A stretch of DNA of 30,212 nucleotides, taken from assembly GCA_051893755.1 (NCBI GenBank), contig JBJFHQ010000370.1, positions 1 through 30,212 of the forward strand. The letters are read 5' to 3'. Origin of the DNA: Oscillospiraceae bacterium. GTDB taxonomy: Bacteria; Bacillota; Clostridia; Oscillospirales; Ruminococcaceae. Numbering within the stretch: position 1 is the stretch's first letter; each line of letters begins with the position of its first letter. Made by a program: the position numbers and the translations under genes. Shown piece after piece: positions 16,928 through 25,928 of this stretch. The notes under the pieces were generated by a model. It had not been told where the DNA came from. It searched no databases and worked only from the letters and a program-made list of their open reading frames with translations.

Positions 16928-18235
16928 TCACTTTACAGCTTCTGTAAGCAATTTTACCGTATCCTCAAAGGAGAAAGCCTCGTCGGTAGACTGACAGAGA
17001 AATCCGTTTATCCTGTCTATCTTGCGGATAGCTTCGTCCAGCGCATGGTTCGTACCCTTTTTGTATGCGCCGATAGACACGAGGTCGTAGTTTGCATTGT
17101 ACGTCGCCATAAGATTGCGGAGCTTTGCCGCTGCTGCCTTATGCTCGGGAGCGGCTATCTCGGACATAAGACGGGAAACCGACTCCTGTATGGCAATAGC
17201 GGGGTAGTGATTCTGCGCCGCGACCTTTCTTGAAAGAATTATATGACCGTCAATGATACCTCTTACGGTATCGGAGATAGGCTCGTTTGTGTCATCGCCC
17301 TCCACGAGAACGGTATATATTCCCGTGATAGAGCCCTTTTCGAAGTTGCCCGCTCTTTCAAGGAGCTTGGGCATCTGGGTATAAATGGACGGAGTATAGC
17401 CTCTGGCTATGGGAGCCTCACCCACGGCAAGACCTATCTCACGCTGTGCCATGGCAAATCTCGTAAGAGAGTCCATCATCAGCAGTACATCCTTGCCCTG
17501 ATCCTTGAAATACTCCGCAATGGCGGTAGCTGCCATGGGACATTTATTTCTCATCATTGCGGGCTGGTCGGAGGTCGCCACCACCAGCACGGAACGTGCC
17601 ATGCCCTTTGGACCGAGGTCTCTTTCGATGAACTCCAGCACCTCACGTCCACGCTCTCCGACCAGTGCAATTACGTTGATATCTGCTTTTACCTCTCGTG
17701 CTATCATACCGAGGAGCGTAGATTTTCCCACGCCTGAGCCTGCGAAAATTCCCATACGCTGACCTCTGCCGATAGTAAGAAGTCCGTCTATCGCCTTAAC
17801 TCCGAAGGGAATGATATCCTTGATAGCAGGCCTTGTCAGCGGATTGACAGGCTCTCCCGCAATGGAGTACGACTCATGGGTCTCAATGGGACCCTTTCCG
17901 TCGATCGGCTCGCCCACGGCATTGATAACTCGTCCGATAAGCCCGCTGCCCACGCCGACCTTGAGCTTGTCGCCGGTATTGTCCACAATGGAACCGGGAC
18001 CGATGCCCTCAATGTCGGTATAAGGCATGAGCATTACCTTGCCGTGATTGAAGCCCACGACCTCGCCGAAGATAGCATCTCCGGAGCTGCCGTCCTTATA
18101 TATGCGGCATACGTCTCCGATATTGCACAGCGGACCGCTTGCCTCAATGGTCATTCCGACGATCTTTTCGATCTTTCCCTGATATCGGTAAAGATCGGCA
18201 CGTCTTATTTGATTACGTATCTCGGCAAAATCCAT
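16928..18235 (-). CDS. fliI: Flagellar export ATPase FliI
   Basis: Walker A GSGVGKS, ALVGERGREV, Walker B LLMMDSLTRFA; start moved to ATG 18235, which follows GGAG. Confidence 0.97.
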   Translation of the reverse strand: MDFAEIRNQIRRADLYRYQGKIEKIVGMTIEASGPLCNIGDVCRIYKDGSSGDAIFGEVVGFNHGKVMLMPYTDIEGIGPGSIVDNTGDKLKVGVGSGLIGRVINAVGEPIDGKGPIETHESYSIAGEPVNPLTRPAIKDIIPFGVKAIDGLLTIGRGQRMGIFAGSGVGKSTLLGMIAREVKADINVIALVGERGREVLEFIERDLGPKGMARSVLVVATSDQPAMMRNKCPMAATAIAEYFKDQGKDVLLMMDSLTRFAMAQREIGLAVGEAPIARGYTPSIYTQMPKLLERAGNFEKGSITGIYTVLVEGDDTNEPISDTVRGIIDGHIILSRKVAAQNHYPAIAIQESVSRLMSEIAAPEHKAAAAKLRNLMATYNANYDLVSIGAYKKGTNHALDEAIRKIDRINGFLCQSTDEAFSFEDTVKLLTEAVK

Positions 18236-18300
18236 AGTCTCACTCCGCAGCACCTTATGTATACTCACACAAATATATTACAAATAGTATTATGTTTTCG

Positions 18301-19149
18301 TTATCTGCCCGCGTTGCCCATGATTTCCCTGAGAAATTCAAGCTGAGTGGGAACGGAAGCGTCTATCATCTCGGAGCCGTTGTCCAGAATGACGGTGCCC
18401 TCGGGAGTTTCATCGGGAGGAAGATACTCGATATCAATATCGGGTATGCCCGCCGCAATGCTTTTCACATACTCCTTGTCAGTGCAGAACTCCTTGGAGA
18501 CCTCGCCCTGAAGCAGCGATATTTTCACATAATCCGAGTTTCGGAAATTCTTAGCCGCGCGGCCGATTATGCGTTCGACCACCTCATCGCCGCGGTGCAG
18601 CTTTTCCAGCACTATCTTTTCCACAGCGTCCATAACGGTCTTCCGGAGCTCCTCCTCGTTGGAGATGTAGTAAGCCTCCTTGTGGGAGTTTATCTCCTCT
18701 AAGAAATTGCCCGCCGCTTCAAGGTAGCTGCTGCATTTCTTCTCGGCAGCTTTCTGACCCTCGCCGAAGCCCTGCGCGAAGCCTTCCCTGCGGGCCTGTT
18801 CCTTTATAGCCTCACATTCCGCCTGCGCCTTTCGGAGCATCTCGGCTGCGGTATTTTTTGCGTTCTCCGACAGCAGCTGTGCATTCACATTAGCTGCGTC
18901 GAGAATTTTCGCCGCTTCATCATTGACAGAATCCCTGTGCGCGGAAAGTATCTCATTCACGCGCATATCGACCTCTTCATTGAATCTGCGCTTTTCCTCT
19001 TCAGCCCTTTTCTGCTCGTTGTAGCGGGCAAGCTCCTCGGGGGACATTTCCTCCTCGGGCTTATCATCAAGCTGTTCCGGGATTTTTTCTATGGCAAGCT
19101 CCACGGGATTGGAGTCGAAAACATATCCTGCCCTGTTTATTTTAAGCAA
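18301..19149 (-). CDS. fliH: Flagellar assembly protein FliH
   Basis: 282 aa; AxxxG repeats (ARREGFAQGFGEG), C-terminal GTVILDNGSEMIDASV; between fliG and fliI. Confidence 0.92.
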   Translation of the reverse strand: MLKINRAGYVFDSNPVELAIEKIPEQLDDKPEEEMSPEELARYNEQKRAEEEKRRFNEEVDMRVNEILSAHRDSVNDEAAKILDAANVNAQLLSENAKNTAAEMLRKAQAECEAIKEQARREGFAQGFGEGQKAAEKKCSSYLEAAGNFLEEINSHKEAYYISNEEELRKTVMDAVEKIVLEKLHRGDEVVERIIGRAAKNFRNSDYVKISLLQGEVSKEFCTDKEYVKSIAAGIPDIDIEYLPPDETPEGTVILDNGSEMIDASVPTQLEFLREIMGNAGR

Positions 19150-20152
19150 TTATCTCATCATCTCCGCCCTTGCTGATAACAAGCTCGCCCTCTTCCTCGA
19201 GGTGTCTGATTATGCCGACTATGCGCTGCTGAGCCTCTTCAACATCACGCATACGAATATTGTGCATATATTCGATCTCCTGCTGGATAGACTCCTGCAT
19301 ACGCTGAGGCATGTTCGCGTAAAGTGCCGCTGCCACCGTGGAATTGGAGCCCTTGATAGCGATAGCAAGATCCTTGGTCTCGCACTCTCTGATAAAGCGC
19401 TGTATCGCCATAGAATCCAGACCCACGATATCCTCGAATACGAACATCTTCTTTTTGATCTCGTCCACCAGCACAGGATCTCTGGAAGTGAGCTCGTCGA
19501 AGATAAACTTCTCGTTGGCTCTGTCCACCTTGTTGAGGACATCCGCCACGAAGTTTATGCCGCCGACCTCGGTGGTATCCATAGTAACTGCCGCAGAGAA
19601 CTTTCTCTCCAGCATGGACTCGATAGACCTGATAGTCTCGGGAGAGGTGGAATCCATTTTTGCCATTCTCTCGACAACATCGACGCGTTTTTCCTTAGGC
19701 AGCTCGGAGAGCACCTGTGATGCCTGCTCCGCCGTTGCATAGGAAAGGATAAGTGCGATAGTCTGGGGATACTCGTTCTGAACGATAGCCAGCAGATTCT
19801 TCGCATCGGATTTTCTGACGAACTCGAAGGACTTTGTTTTCATTCTGTTGGATATCTTTGCCATAAGACGTTCCGCGGTCTCCTTGCCGAAGGCCTTTTC
19901 GAGAACATCTCTTGCATAGTCCACGCCGCCGTCGGTCATGACCTTCTCGGTGAGACAGAGCTCGTAGAACTCATTTAGAATGGAGTCTACGGTATTGCTG
20001 TCGAAGAACGGCAGACTGGAGACCTCAAAGGTAAGCTTCTCGACCTCCTCGTCGCTGAGATGCTTGTACACATCAGCGGCATTATCCGTTCCGATAGCGG
20101 TTATGATAATAGCCGCCCGCTGCATGGAGGTCATTTCATTTATATCGCTCAT
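19142..20152 (-). CDS. fliG: Flagellar rotor protein FliG
   Basis: 336 aa; QRAAIIITAIG, EYPQTIALILS, GGINFVADVLN, MFVFEDI, IRMRDVEEAQQRI. Confidence 0.98.
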   Translation of the reverse strand: MSDINEMTSMQRAAIIITAIGTDNAADVYKHLSDEEVEKLTFEVSSLPFFDSNTVDSILNEFYELCLTEKVMTDGGVDYARDVLEKAFGKETAERLMAKISNRMKTKSFEFVRKSDAKNLLAIVQNEYPQTIALILSYATAEQASQVLSELPKEKRVDVVERMAKMDSTSPETIRSIESMLERKFSAAVTMDTTEVGGINFVADVLNKVDRANEKFIFDELTSRDPVLVDEIKKKMFVFEDIVGLDSMAIQRFIRECETKDLAIAIKGSNSTVAAALYANMPQRMQESIQQEIEYMHNIRMRDVEEAQQRIVGIIRHLEEEGELVISKGGDDEIIA

Positions 20153-21849
20153 TGTTGTACGGCACCTCCGTTTCCGTTATCGGCGCTGTTTGCCTGTGCA
20201 GCTATAGCCTCGTTTTCCTTTTTCCTGTCCTCGGGAGTTTCGTTCATCCAGTTTCTGATAAGCTGAGCCACGATCTCAGGCCGCTGACGGGCAAATGTAG
20301 CAATTTCTCTTCTGACCGCAAGCTCCTTGGAGTTTTCGTTGTCGCCCACCAGACTGGGTATGTCGATATTTTCTCCCGAAGCGCTGTTGATAGAGTAGAA
20401 GTTTTCCACAAGAGGCTCCTGTTCTGCGCCCACGTTGGCTGCAAGGAGCTGCTGCTCGAATTTTTCTCTCTTTTTCCTGGACTTGCCCGAAACTGCCACC
20501 AGAATGATAACAAGAATGATAAGCATTCCCAGCAGTATCGCGCCCAGTATGATAAGCTGATTTCTTGTAAGACCGAACAGATAGGTCTGCTCGTCCACAG
20601 CCTCGACGGTATCGCCGAACTTGGGAAGACTTGTAACAGTCACAACATCGTTTACCAGCTCGGGATTGATAGACGCCGCATTTCCTATAAGGGAAACAAG
20701 CTCCTGCTTGGTGGTATCGGGGAGATAGTCCGTGTAGATTATAGTCGAAACGGAGAGGCTGTCTATTGTGTAGCCTTCCTTTTCGATCTGTTCCTTATAT
20801 GTATTTACAAGGTAGATATTGTCCAGTGAGGATTCCGACCAGCTTCCATTCCCGTTGGTATCGCCGGTAGGATAGGTGTCGTCCGCATTGACCTCCACGC
20901 CGACTATACCGCCGTCCGCGGTAGCATAGCCTGTAGCATTTTCCGACTTGCCCTCCTGCAGCATACCTCTTCCGTCATCGGTGGAGGGAGTATATACCGT
21001 ATCCTCGGAGACCTTATCGTCGAAGTTGAGGACCGCATTCACCGCAACAGCGAAACCGTCGTCGTTATATGCGGGAGTAAGCAGTTCGATTATCTTGTCC
21101 TTTATCTGATTTTCAAGGCTTGCCTTGAAGCGGAGCTTTCTTGTTTCCAGAGCCACCACATCGCCGCCGTCCGCCTCTGCAACGAGGAGCACGCCGTTCT
21201 GGTCGATGATAGAGACGTTTTCCTCCTTCATATTTTCGCAGCCCTTGGTGATAAGGCGGGTGATACCGTTTATCTGCGCATTTGAAAGAGTCGCATCATT
21301 TTTGAGATAGACCGCCACCGAAGCCGACGGGTCGGAGCGGTTATCGGCGATAACGGTATTTCTCTTTTCGGGGATATACAGAGTGACCTCCGCCTTTTCC
21401 ACCGATGAAAGCGAGCCGATTATCGCAGAAAATCTGTCCTCAAGAGCGATCCTCTTGTACTCCTTGGTTTCCGACTCGGTAGAGAACATGCTCAGATGCT
21501 CGGTAAGAAATTCATAATTTCCGCTGCTCTTGGGATAGCCCTGCTGAGCGAGGGTCATAGCAAGAGTATTTTCCGTACCCTCGGGAACGGTGATAGTACC
21601 TCCCGAAAGGGTGCATTCATAGCCGGATTCCTCGATTATGGCAACGATCTCCGAAGCCTCGGAGGTATCCAGCCCCGTAAAGAGCACCACGTCGTCCTTG
21701 TGATTTGCCACAGCTATAACGATCGCAAGGATGACCAGAACAGCGACAAAAGAGGATATATATATTATTTTATTTTTCTTTTCCTGTTTTGCCCAGAACT
21801 TTTTCAGCGAATCAACAGCCTTGTTCGCTTGTTCCTTTGCATTAGCCAT
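20149..21849 (-). CDS. fliF: MS-ring protein FliF
   Basis: 566 aa; two TM helices, LFTGLDTSEASEI, PSASVAVYL, PEIVAQLIRNWM C-terminus; 4-nt overlap with fliG. Confidence 0.96.
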   Translation of the reverse strand: MANAKEQANKAVDSLKKFWAKQEKKNKIIYISSFVAVLVILAIVIAVANHKDDVVLFTGLDTSEASEIVAIIEESGYECTLSGGTITVPEGTENTLAMTLAQQGYPKSSGNYEFLTEHLSMFSTESETKEYKRIALEDRFSAIIGSLSSVEKAEVTLYIPEKRNTVIADNRSDPSASVAVYLKNDATLSNAQINGITRLITKGCENMKEENVSIIDQNGVLLVAEADGGDVVALETRKLRFKASLENQIKDKIIELLTPAYNDDGFAVAVNAVLNFDDKVSEDTVYTPSTDDGRGMLQEGKSENATGYATADGGIVGVEVNADDTYPTGDTNGNGSWSESSLDNIYLVNTYKEQIEKEGYTIDSLSVSTIIYTDYLPDTTKQELVSLIGNAASINPELVNDVVTVTSLPKFGDTVEAVDEQTYLFGLTRNQLIILGAILLGMLIILVIILVAVSGKSRKKREKFEQQLLAANVGAEQEPLVENFYSINSASGENIDIPSLVGDNENSKELAVRREIATFARQRPEIVAQLIRNWMNETPEDRKKENEAIAAQANSADNGNGGAVQQ

Positions 21850-21907
21850 TTTATATGTTTCCTTCCCTGAAAGCTTTTGTATTTACAATATCACGAGCCT
21901 GCAGCAG

Positions 21908-22213
21908 TTATATATTCATCTGCATAAGCTCCTGATAGCTCTGCTGTGCGGCGTCGCGTATAGCGATAAAGGTCTCGAGGGATACCTGCGCCTTAGTGAT
22001 ATTGTTATAAATAGTATGGAGATCGTCGATATCGCCCATAACGATATCGGCAGCATTCTGATTCAGAGTTTTCTGTGTACTCTGCACCTCATTGAAGACC
22101 TCAGAAAACACGTCGGTAAAGGACGGCGTTTTCTCCGCAGCAGCCGATCGAGGGGCATCCTGGGACATAGTATTCAGGGGAGTTATCGCCGAGCTTATAG
22201 GTACTATATACAT
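21908..22213 (-). CDS. fliE: Hook-basal body protein FliE
   Basis: 101 aa; KAQVSLETFIAIRDAAQQSYQELMQMNI C-terminal motif. Confidence 0.94.
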   Translation of the reverse strand: MYIVPISSAITPLNTMSQDAPRSAAAEKTPSFTDVFSEVFNEVQSTQKTLNQNAADIVMGDIDDLHTIYNNITKAQVSLETFIAIRDAAQQSYQELMQMNI

Positions 22214-22244
22214 TTTATATCTTCCTTTCCATTAACCGCAGATA

Positions 22245-22730
22245 TCATCTGCCTGTCAGAGACTGAGCCTTGTCCAGCATAGCCTTGACAGCCTCGATAG
22301 CGGTAGCATTTGCCTCATAGGAGCGCTGAGCCGCCAGAAGATCTATCTGTTCCTTGGTATTATCAACATTAGTCTGATAAATATAGCCGTTTTCATCCGC
22401 AAGGGGATTATCGGGGTCATACACGGGAGTAAAGGGAGTCTCATCGTCAACGACTTCGGCGACCTGAACGCCCGCATAGGTGTAGTTATTGCGGTTTTTC
22501 CTGTAATAAACGCCGTGTCTGTGAGTGGACTCGCGTTCCTGAGTATAGCGGTTCATCACATCGGAGAAGGTCATTTTTGTCTGAAAGGACACAAGCTGAC
22601 GGCAGTAAGGGTCTCCGTCGGCGGTATTATAGGAGTCCTGATTTGCGATATTCTGTGAGATAACGTCCATTCGCAGTCTTTCGGCAGAAAGCGCCGAAAA
22701 TCCGATGTCAAGAGAATTCAAAAAAGACAT
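22245..22730 (-). CDS. flgC: Basal-body rod protein FlgC
   Basis: 161 aa; SALSAERLRMDVISQNIAN, YDPDNPLADENGYI, AQRSYEAN. Confidence 0.97.
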   Translation of the reverse strand: MSFLNSLDIGFSALSAERLRMDVISQNIANQDSYNTADGDPYCRQLVSFQTKMTFSDVMNRYTQERESTHRHGVYYRKNRNNYTYAGVQVAEVVDDETPFTPVYDPDNPLADENGYIYQTNVDNTKEQIDLLAAQRSYEANATAIEAVKAMLDKAQSLTGR

Positions 22731-22746
22731 AATGAAGCTCCTTTAA

Positions 22747-23109
22747 TCATTTGCCGATAGCAGTTCTTATCATCTGATACTGACTGTTAAGGTAGTCGAT
22801 CATGGTACTGTACTGATACTGTGCGTCGAGCATGGCGTTAGATTCTTTTTCAATGTCAACATTATTTCCGTTAAGGATCTGGTTTGTGTTAGTCTCATAG
22901 GTCTCGGCAAGTCTGACCTTAAGTCTGTCGCCGCCTGTGATCTTAGCATGGATCGCGTTATCCAGCACAAGTCCGAAGGAAACAGTCTTAGCCTTATAAT
23001 CGGGAGTTTCCACATTAGCGATATTGTTGCTGATAACCTTCTGCTGATACCATGACGCGTCGAGACCCTGTTCGGTGATCTTAAAAGCCGCGCTGTCAAA
23101 CATTGACAT
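22747..23109 (-). CDS. flgB: Basal-body rod protein FlgB
   Basis: 120 aa; QKVISNNIANVETPDYKAK, NGNNVDIEKE; first gene of the flagellar operon; SD GAAAGGAAGG. Confidence 0.96.
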   Translation of the reverse strand: MSMFDSAAFKITEQGLDASWYQQKVISNNIANVETPDYKAKTVSFGLVLDNAIHAKITGGDRLKVRLAETYETNTNQILNGNNVDIEKESNAMLDAQYQYSTMIDYLNSQYQMIRTAIGK

Positions 23110-23203
23110 CAGATACGCCTTCCTTTCGTTATAGCCTTGGTTCGTTCACATTAATTTAACATTTAATTTATGGCACTATGCCATTTTCATAATATCTCTT
23201 CTA

Positions 23204-23232
23204 ATTATACTACATTTTCTCATAAATTACAA
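23204..23232 (-). promoter_or_regulatory. Putative sigmaA promoter of the flgB operon (proximal)
   Basis: Minus strand TTGTAA (23227-23232), 17 nt, TATAAT (23204-23209), in an AT-rich intergenic region. Confidence 0.72.
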
Positions 23233-23363
23233 GTATTTCTGCAAATATTTCCGAAAAATCAAAGTAAAAAAATACACAAAAAAAACGCAGTATTTTTTAT
23301 ATTTTGTATAGATTTTTCATGTTTTTTGTGCAAAATAGTTTCATTTTCGAACAAGTTTTGTAT

Positions 23364-23393
23364 ATTATATCAATAACCGACAAAATCCGTCAT
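23364..23393 (-). promoter_or_regulatory. Possible second (distal) sigmaA promoter for the flgB operon
   Basis: Extended -10 TGaTATAAT (TATAAT at 23364-23369); weak -35 ATGACG at 18-nt spacing; just downstream of the murG terminator. Confidence 0.45.
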
Positions 23394-23434
23394 AAAAACA
23401 AAGCCGTGCAAATATCTTCCGATACTCACACGGC
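23394..23434 (-). terminator. Rho-independent terminator of murG / cell-wall operon
   Basis: Minus strand GCCGTGTGAGTATC-GGAA-GATATTTGCACGGC (14 bp incl. 3 G.U, GNRA loop) followed by TTTGTTTTT, 13 nt after the murG stop. Confidence 0.85.
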
Positions 23435-23447
23435 GCATGCCATTATC

Positions 23448-24581
23448 TCATATTTTATCCCCGACAAGCTTTTCGACCTGTTCCCATATCCTGTCGGGGG
23501 TGTCCTTGATGTAGAGCTCTGCGGCTCTCTGCGCAAGAACGTCGGTCTTGCCGGGGTCATTGTAAAACTCCGAGACCTTTTCTATTATCTTGTCGTAATC
23601 GAGGTCCTTCTGCTCGATAACAATTGCCGCTCCCGCTTTTCCGAGGACCATCGCATTATGATACTGATGATTTCCCGCCACAACAGGGGACGGTATCAGT
23701 ATAGACGCTCTGCCCTCCGCTTCAAGCTCGGTTATGGCAGAGGCTCCGCTGCGGCAGATGATAAGGTCCGCAGCTGCCATGCACACGTCCATGTTGCGGA
23801 TATAGTCCTTTATCATAAGGCGGGGGCTGCTGATATCCACTCCGCGGGTCTCAAGATTTTTTATGAATGTATCCTTTCCCATGCGGCCGTAGCTGTGGAT
23901 ATGATTTATCTTAAGTCCATTTTTCTGCTCGTATTCGATAAGCCGCTCCGCCGTATCGTTGATAGCTCCCGCTCCCAGACTTCCGCCGTAGCTCAAAATG
24001 ACCATTCCGTCATCAAAGCCCAGCTCCTTTCTTGCAGCTTCGCGGCTCATTTTGCCTGTAAAGCCCTTTCTCACAGGAAGTCCCGTCACCGTGTGAGGGA
24101 TATCCTTGTCAAGATACTCCATTGCCTCCTCCACGGTAAGCATGACCATATCCACCTTTTTGGACAGTATCTTCGTCGTCACTCCGGGATATGCATTCTG
24201 CTCGTGGATAAGGGTAGGTATCTTCATTCTTGCCGCCTCAAACACGACAGGACCGCTCACATATCCGCCCGTACCGATAACAAGGTCAGGCTTGAAGTCG
24301 TTTATGATATGCTTTGCCCTCGGTCCCGACGAAGCAAGATATGCCGCCGCGCGGATATTCCTTCCGACATTTTTCAGCGTCAGCTTTCTCTGAAAGCCGC
24401 TTACCTTAATGGGAGTGAACCTGATACCCGCATCGGGGACGAGATTTGCCTCCATTCCCTTGGGAGTCCCCGCATACAGAAACTCGGCATCTGGCACATG
24501 GTCCTTAATTATCGAGGATATGGCAAGAGCAGGGTTGATATGTCCCGCAGTGCCTCCTCCCGCAAGCAAAACCTTAAGCAT
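23448..24581 (-). CDS. murG: Lipid II synthase MurG
   Basis: GGGTAGH, HEQNAYPG, GGSLGA, RSGASAITE motifs; start moved to ATG 24581, which follows GAAAGGAA. Confidence 0.97.
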   Translation of the reverse strand: MLKVLLAGGGTAGHINPALAISSIIKDHVPDAEFLYAGTPKGMEANLVPDAGIRFTPIKVSGFQRKLTLKNVGRNIRAAAYLASSGPRAKHIINDFKPDLVIGTGGYVSGPVVFEAARMKIPTLIHEQNAYPGVTTKILSKKVDMVMLTVEEAMEYLDKDIPHTVTGLPVRKGFTGKMSREAARKELGFDDGMVILSYGGSLGAGAINDTAERLIEYEQKNGLKINHIHSYGRMGKDTFIKNLETRGVDISSPRLMIKDYIRNMDVCMAAADLIICRSGASAITELEAEGRASILIPSPVVAGNHQYHNAMVLGKAGAAIVIEQKDLDYDKIIEKVSEFYNDPGKTDVLAQRAAELYIKDTPDRIWEQVEKLVGDKI

Positions 24582-24605
24582 GGCAATTTTTCCTTTCAAC
24601 AATTA

Positions 24606-25910
24606 TTATCGGGTGCTGACCTCTGCGTCCGAGGGAGCCTGTCTGTGCGCACTTCGGCGCTTTTTTCTGACCTCGCCCGATTCCGAGATAGTGTGTCTGG
24701 AAATATTCAGCAGTATCCCCATTTCGCACAGCTGCATGATAAGCGCCGTGCCGCCGTAGCTGAAAAAGGGCAGGGATATTCCCGTATTCGGTATGGCATT
24801 GCATACAACGGCAATGTTCAGAAACGCCTGTAGTCCTATCTGGATAGTTATTCCGCAGGCTATCAGCATGCCCGACTTATCCACCGCCTTGACCGCAATT
24901 GAAAAGCCTCTGAAAACAAACAGCACAAACAGGATTATCACCATGATAGCGCCGATATATCCCAGTTCCTCGCAGATAATGGCGAAAACGAAGTCATTCT
25001 TTGACTCGGGCAGATATAAAAACTTCTGTCTCGAATTGCCCAGTCCCAGTCCGAAAAGTCCGCCCGAGCCTATGGCAATAAGGGAGTTTCTCGTCTGATA
25101 GGTGTCGTCGGAATACTCCGAGTCAAAGGGGTCGGTAAAGCTGTGGATACGCTTTTCGATATAGCCCAGATCGCCCGATATGGACTTATACGCCATATAT
25201 ACCACGATAAGCACTACCGCGCATATTCCCGCAGCAATAAGATATTTCATGTCAACTCCGCCAATAAGCATGAGCGAGAAGCATATCACGCACATAATTA
25301 TTATCGCAGAGAAGTGTGGCTGCTGTGACAAAACAAGAGCATAAACTCCGAGGGCAAATACAAATGGTACGATGCCCACGGTAAATTTCTTCATTCGGGT
25401 GTAGTTTATGGATATCCAGTAGGCAAACAGCAGCACAAGGGCTATTTTCGCTATCTCCGAGGGCTGGAACTCCGTGCCGATCTTTATCCATCGGTATGCG
25501 CCGTTATGAGGGGACCTTATTCCGGGCACAAAGCAGAGTATCATAAGTGCCAGCGCACCGAAATACGCTCCCGTCACCACCCACTGCTTCTGGAAAAAGT
25601 GGTAATCCAGAAAGGACAGCCCGAACATTCCCACAAGACCTATCCCTGCCATCATGCACTGACGCTTGAAATAATAGTCTCCTTCCTCGCCCTCAGCTAT
25701 CGCCCATGCATAGCCTGCGGAAAACATCATGATTATGCCGAACACCAGCATGACCAGTATAATGACCACCATAGGCGCATCAACGCCCACCTGTCTGTCG
25801 TTCCTGGGACGGGACACTCCCGCCGTGAAAAACAGCTTGAATGTGGATTCCTTTTTAGGCTGTGCCTTTTTCTTCTGCGGATTATTTTCTTTTCTTACAT
25901 TTTCCGCCAA
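24606..25910 (-). CDS. ftsW: SEDS peptidoglycan polymerase FtsW/SpoVE
   Basis: 434 aa, about 10 TM helices; GAYRWI, FQPSEIAK, LPESKNDFVF (catalytic Asp present), PNTGISLPFFSYGG; TTG start after AAGGAGG. Confidence 0.93.
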   Translation of the reverse strand: MAENVRKENNPQKKKAQPKKESTFKLFFTAGVSRPRNDRQVGVDAPMVVIILVMLVFGIIMMFSAGYAWAIAEGEEGDYYFKRQCMMAGIGLVGMFGLSFLDYHFFQKQWVVTGAYFGALALMILCFVPGIRSPHNGAYRWIKIGTEFQPSEIAKIALVLLFAYWISINYTRMKKFTVGIVPFVFALGVYALVLSQQPHFSAIIIMCVICFSLMLIGGVDMKYLIAAGICAVVLIVVYMAYKSISGDLGYIEKRIHSFTDPFDSEYSDDTYQTRNSLIAIGSGGLFGLGLGNSRQKFLYLPESKNDFVFAIICEELGYIGAIMVIILFVLFVFRGFSIAVKAVDKSGMLIACGITIQIGLQAFLNIAVVCNAIPNTGISLPFFSYGGTALIMQLCEMGILLNISRHTISESGEVRKKRRSAHRQAPSDAEVSTR

Positions 25911-25928
25911 AGTATCTCCTCCTTCCGA

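Noticed and set aside
18236-18300. AT-rich fliH-fliI gap with TTGTAA as an internal promoter
   Set aside because: No acceptable -10 at the right spacing.
22476-22553. Basic/aromatic insertion in FlgC
   Set aside because: Falls in a loop known to vary in length among FlgC proteins; about 20 extra residues is unremarkable.
23171-23188. sigma54 promoter (TGGCAC)
   Set aside because: Plus strand, no TTGC at -12, and no plus-strand gene to drive.
23110-23203. c-di-GMP riboswitch in the flgB leader
   Set aside because: Expected from other Clostridia, but no GEMM-type GNRA/receptor stems or conserved motifs are visible; the leader is short and AT-rich.
23304-24833. 509-aa plus-strand ORF
   Set aside because: Antisense to murG/ftsW, no SD or motifs; a typical shadow ORF from codon bias.
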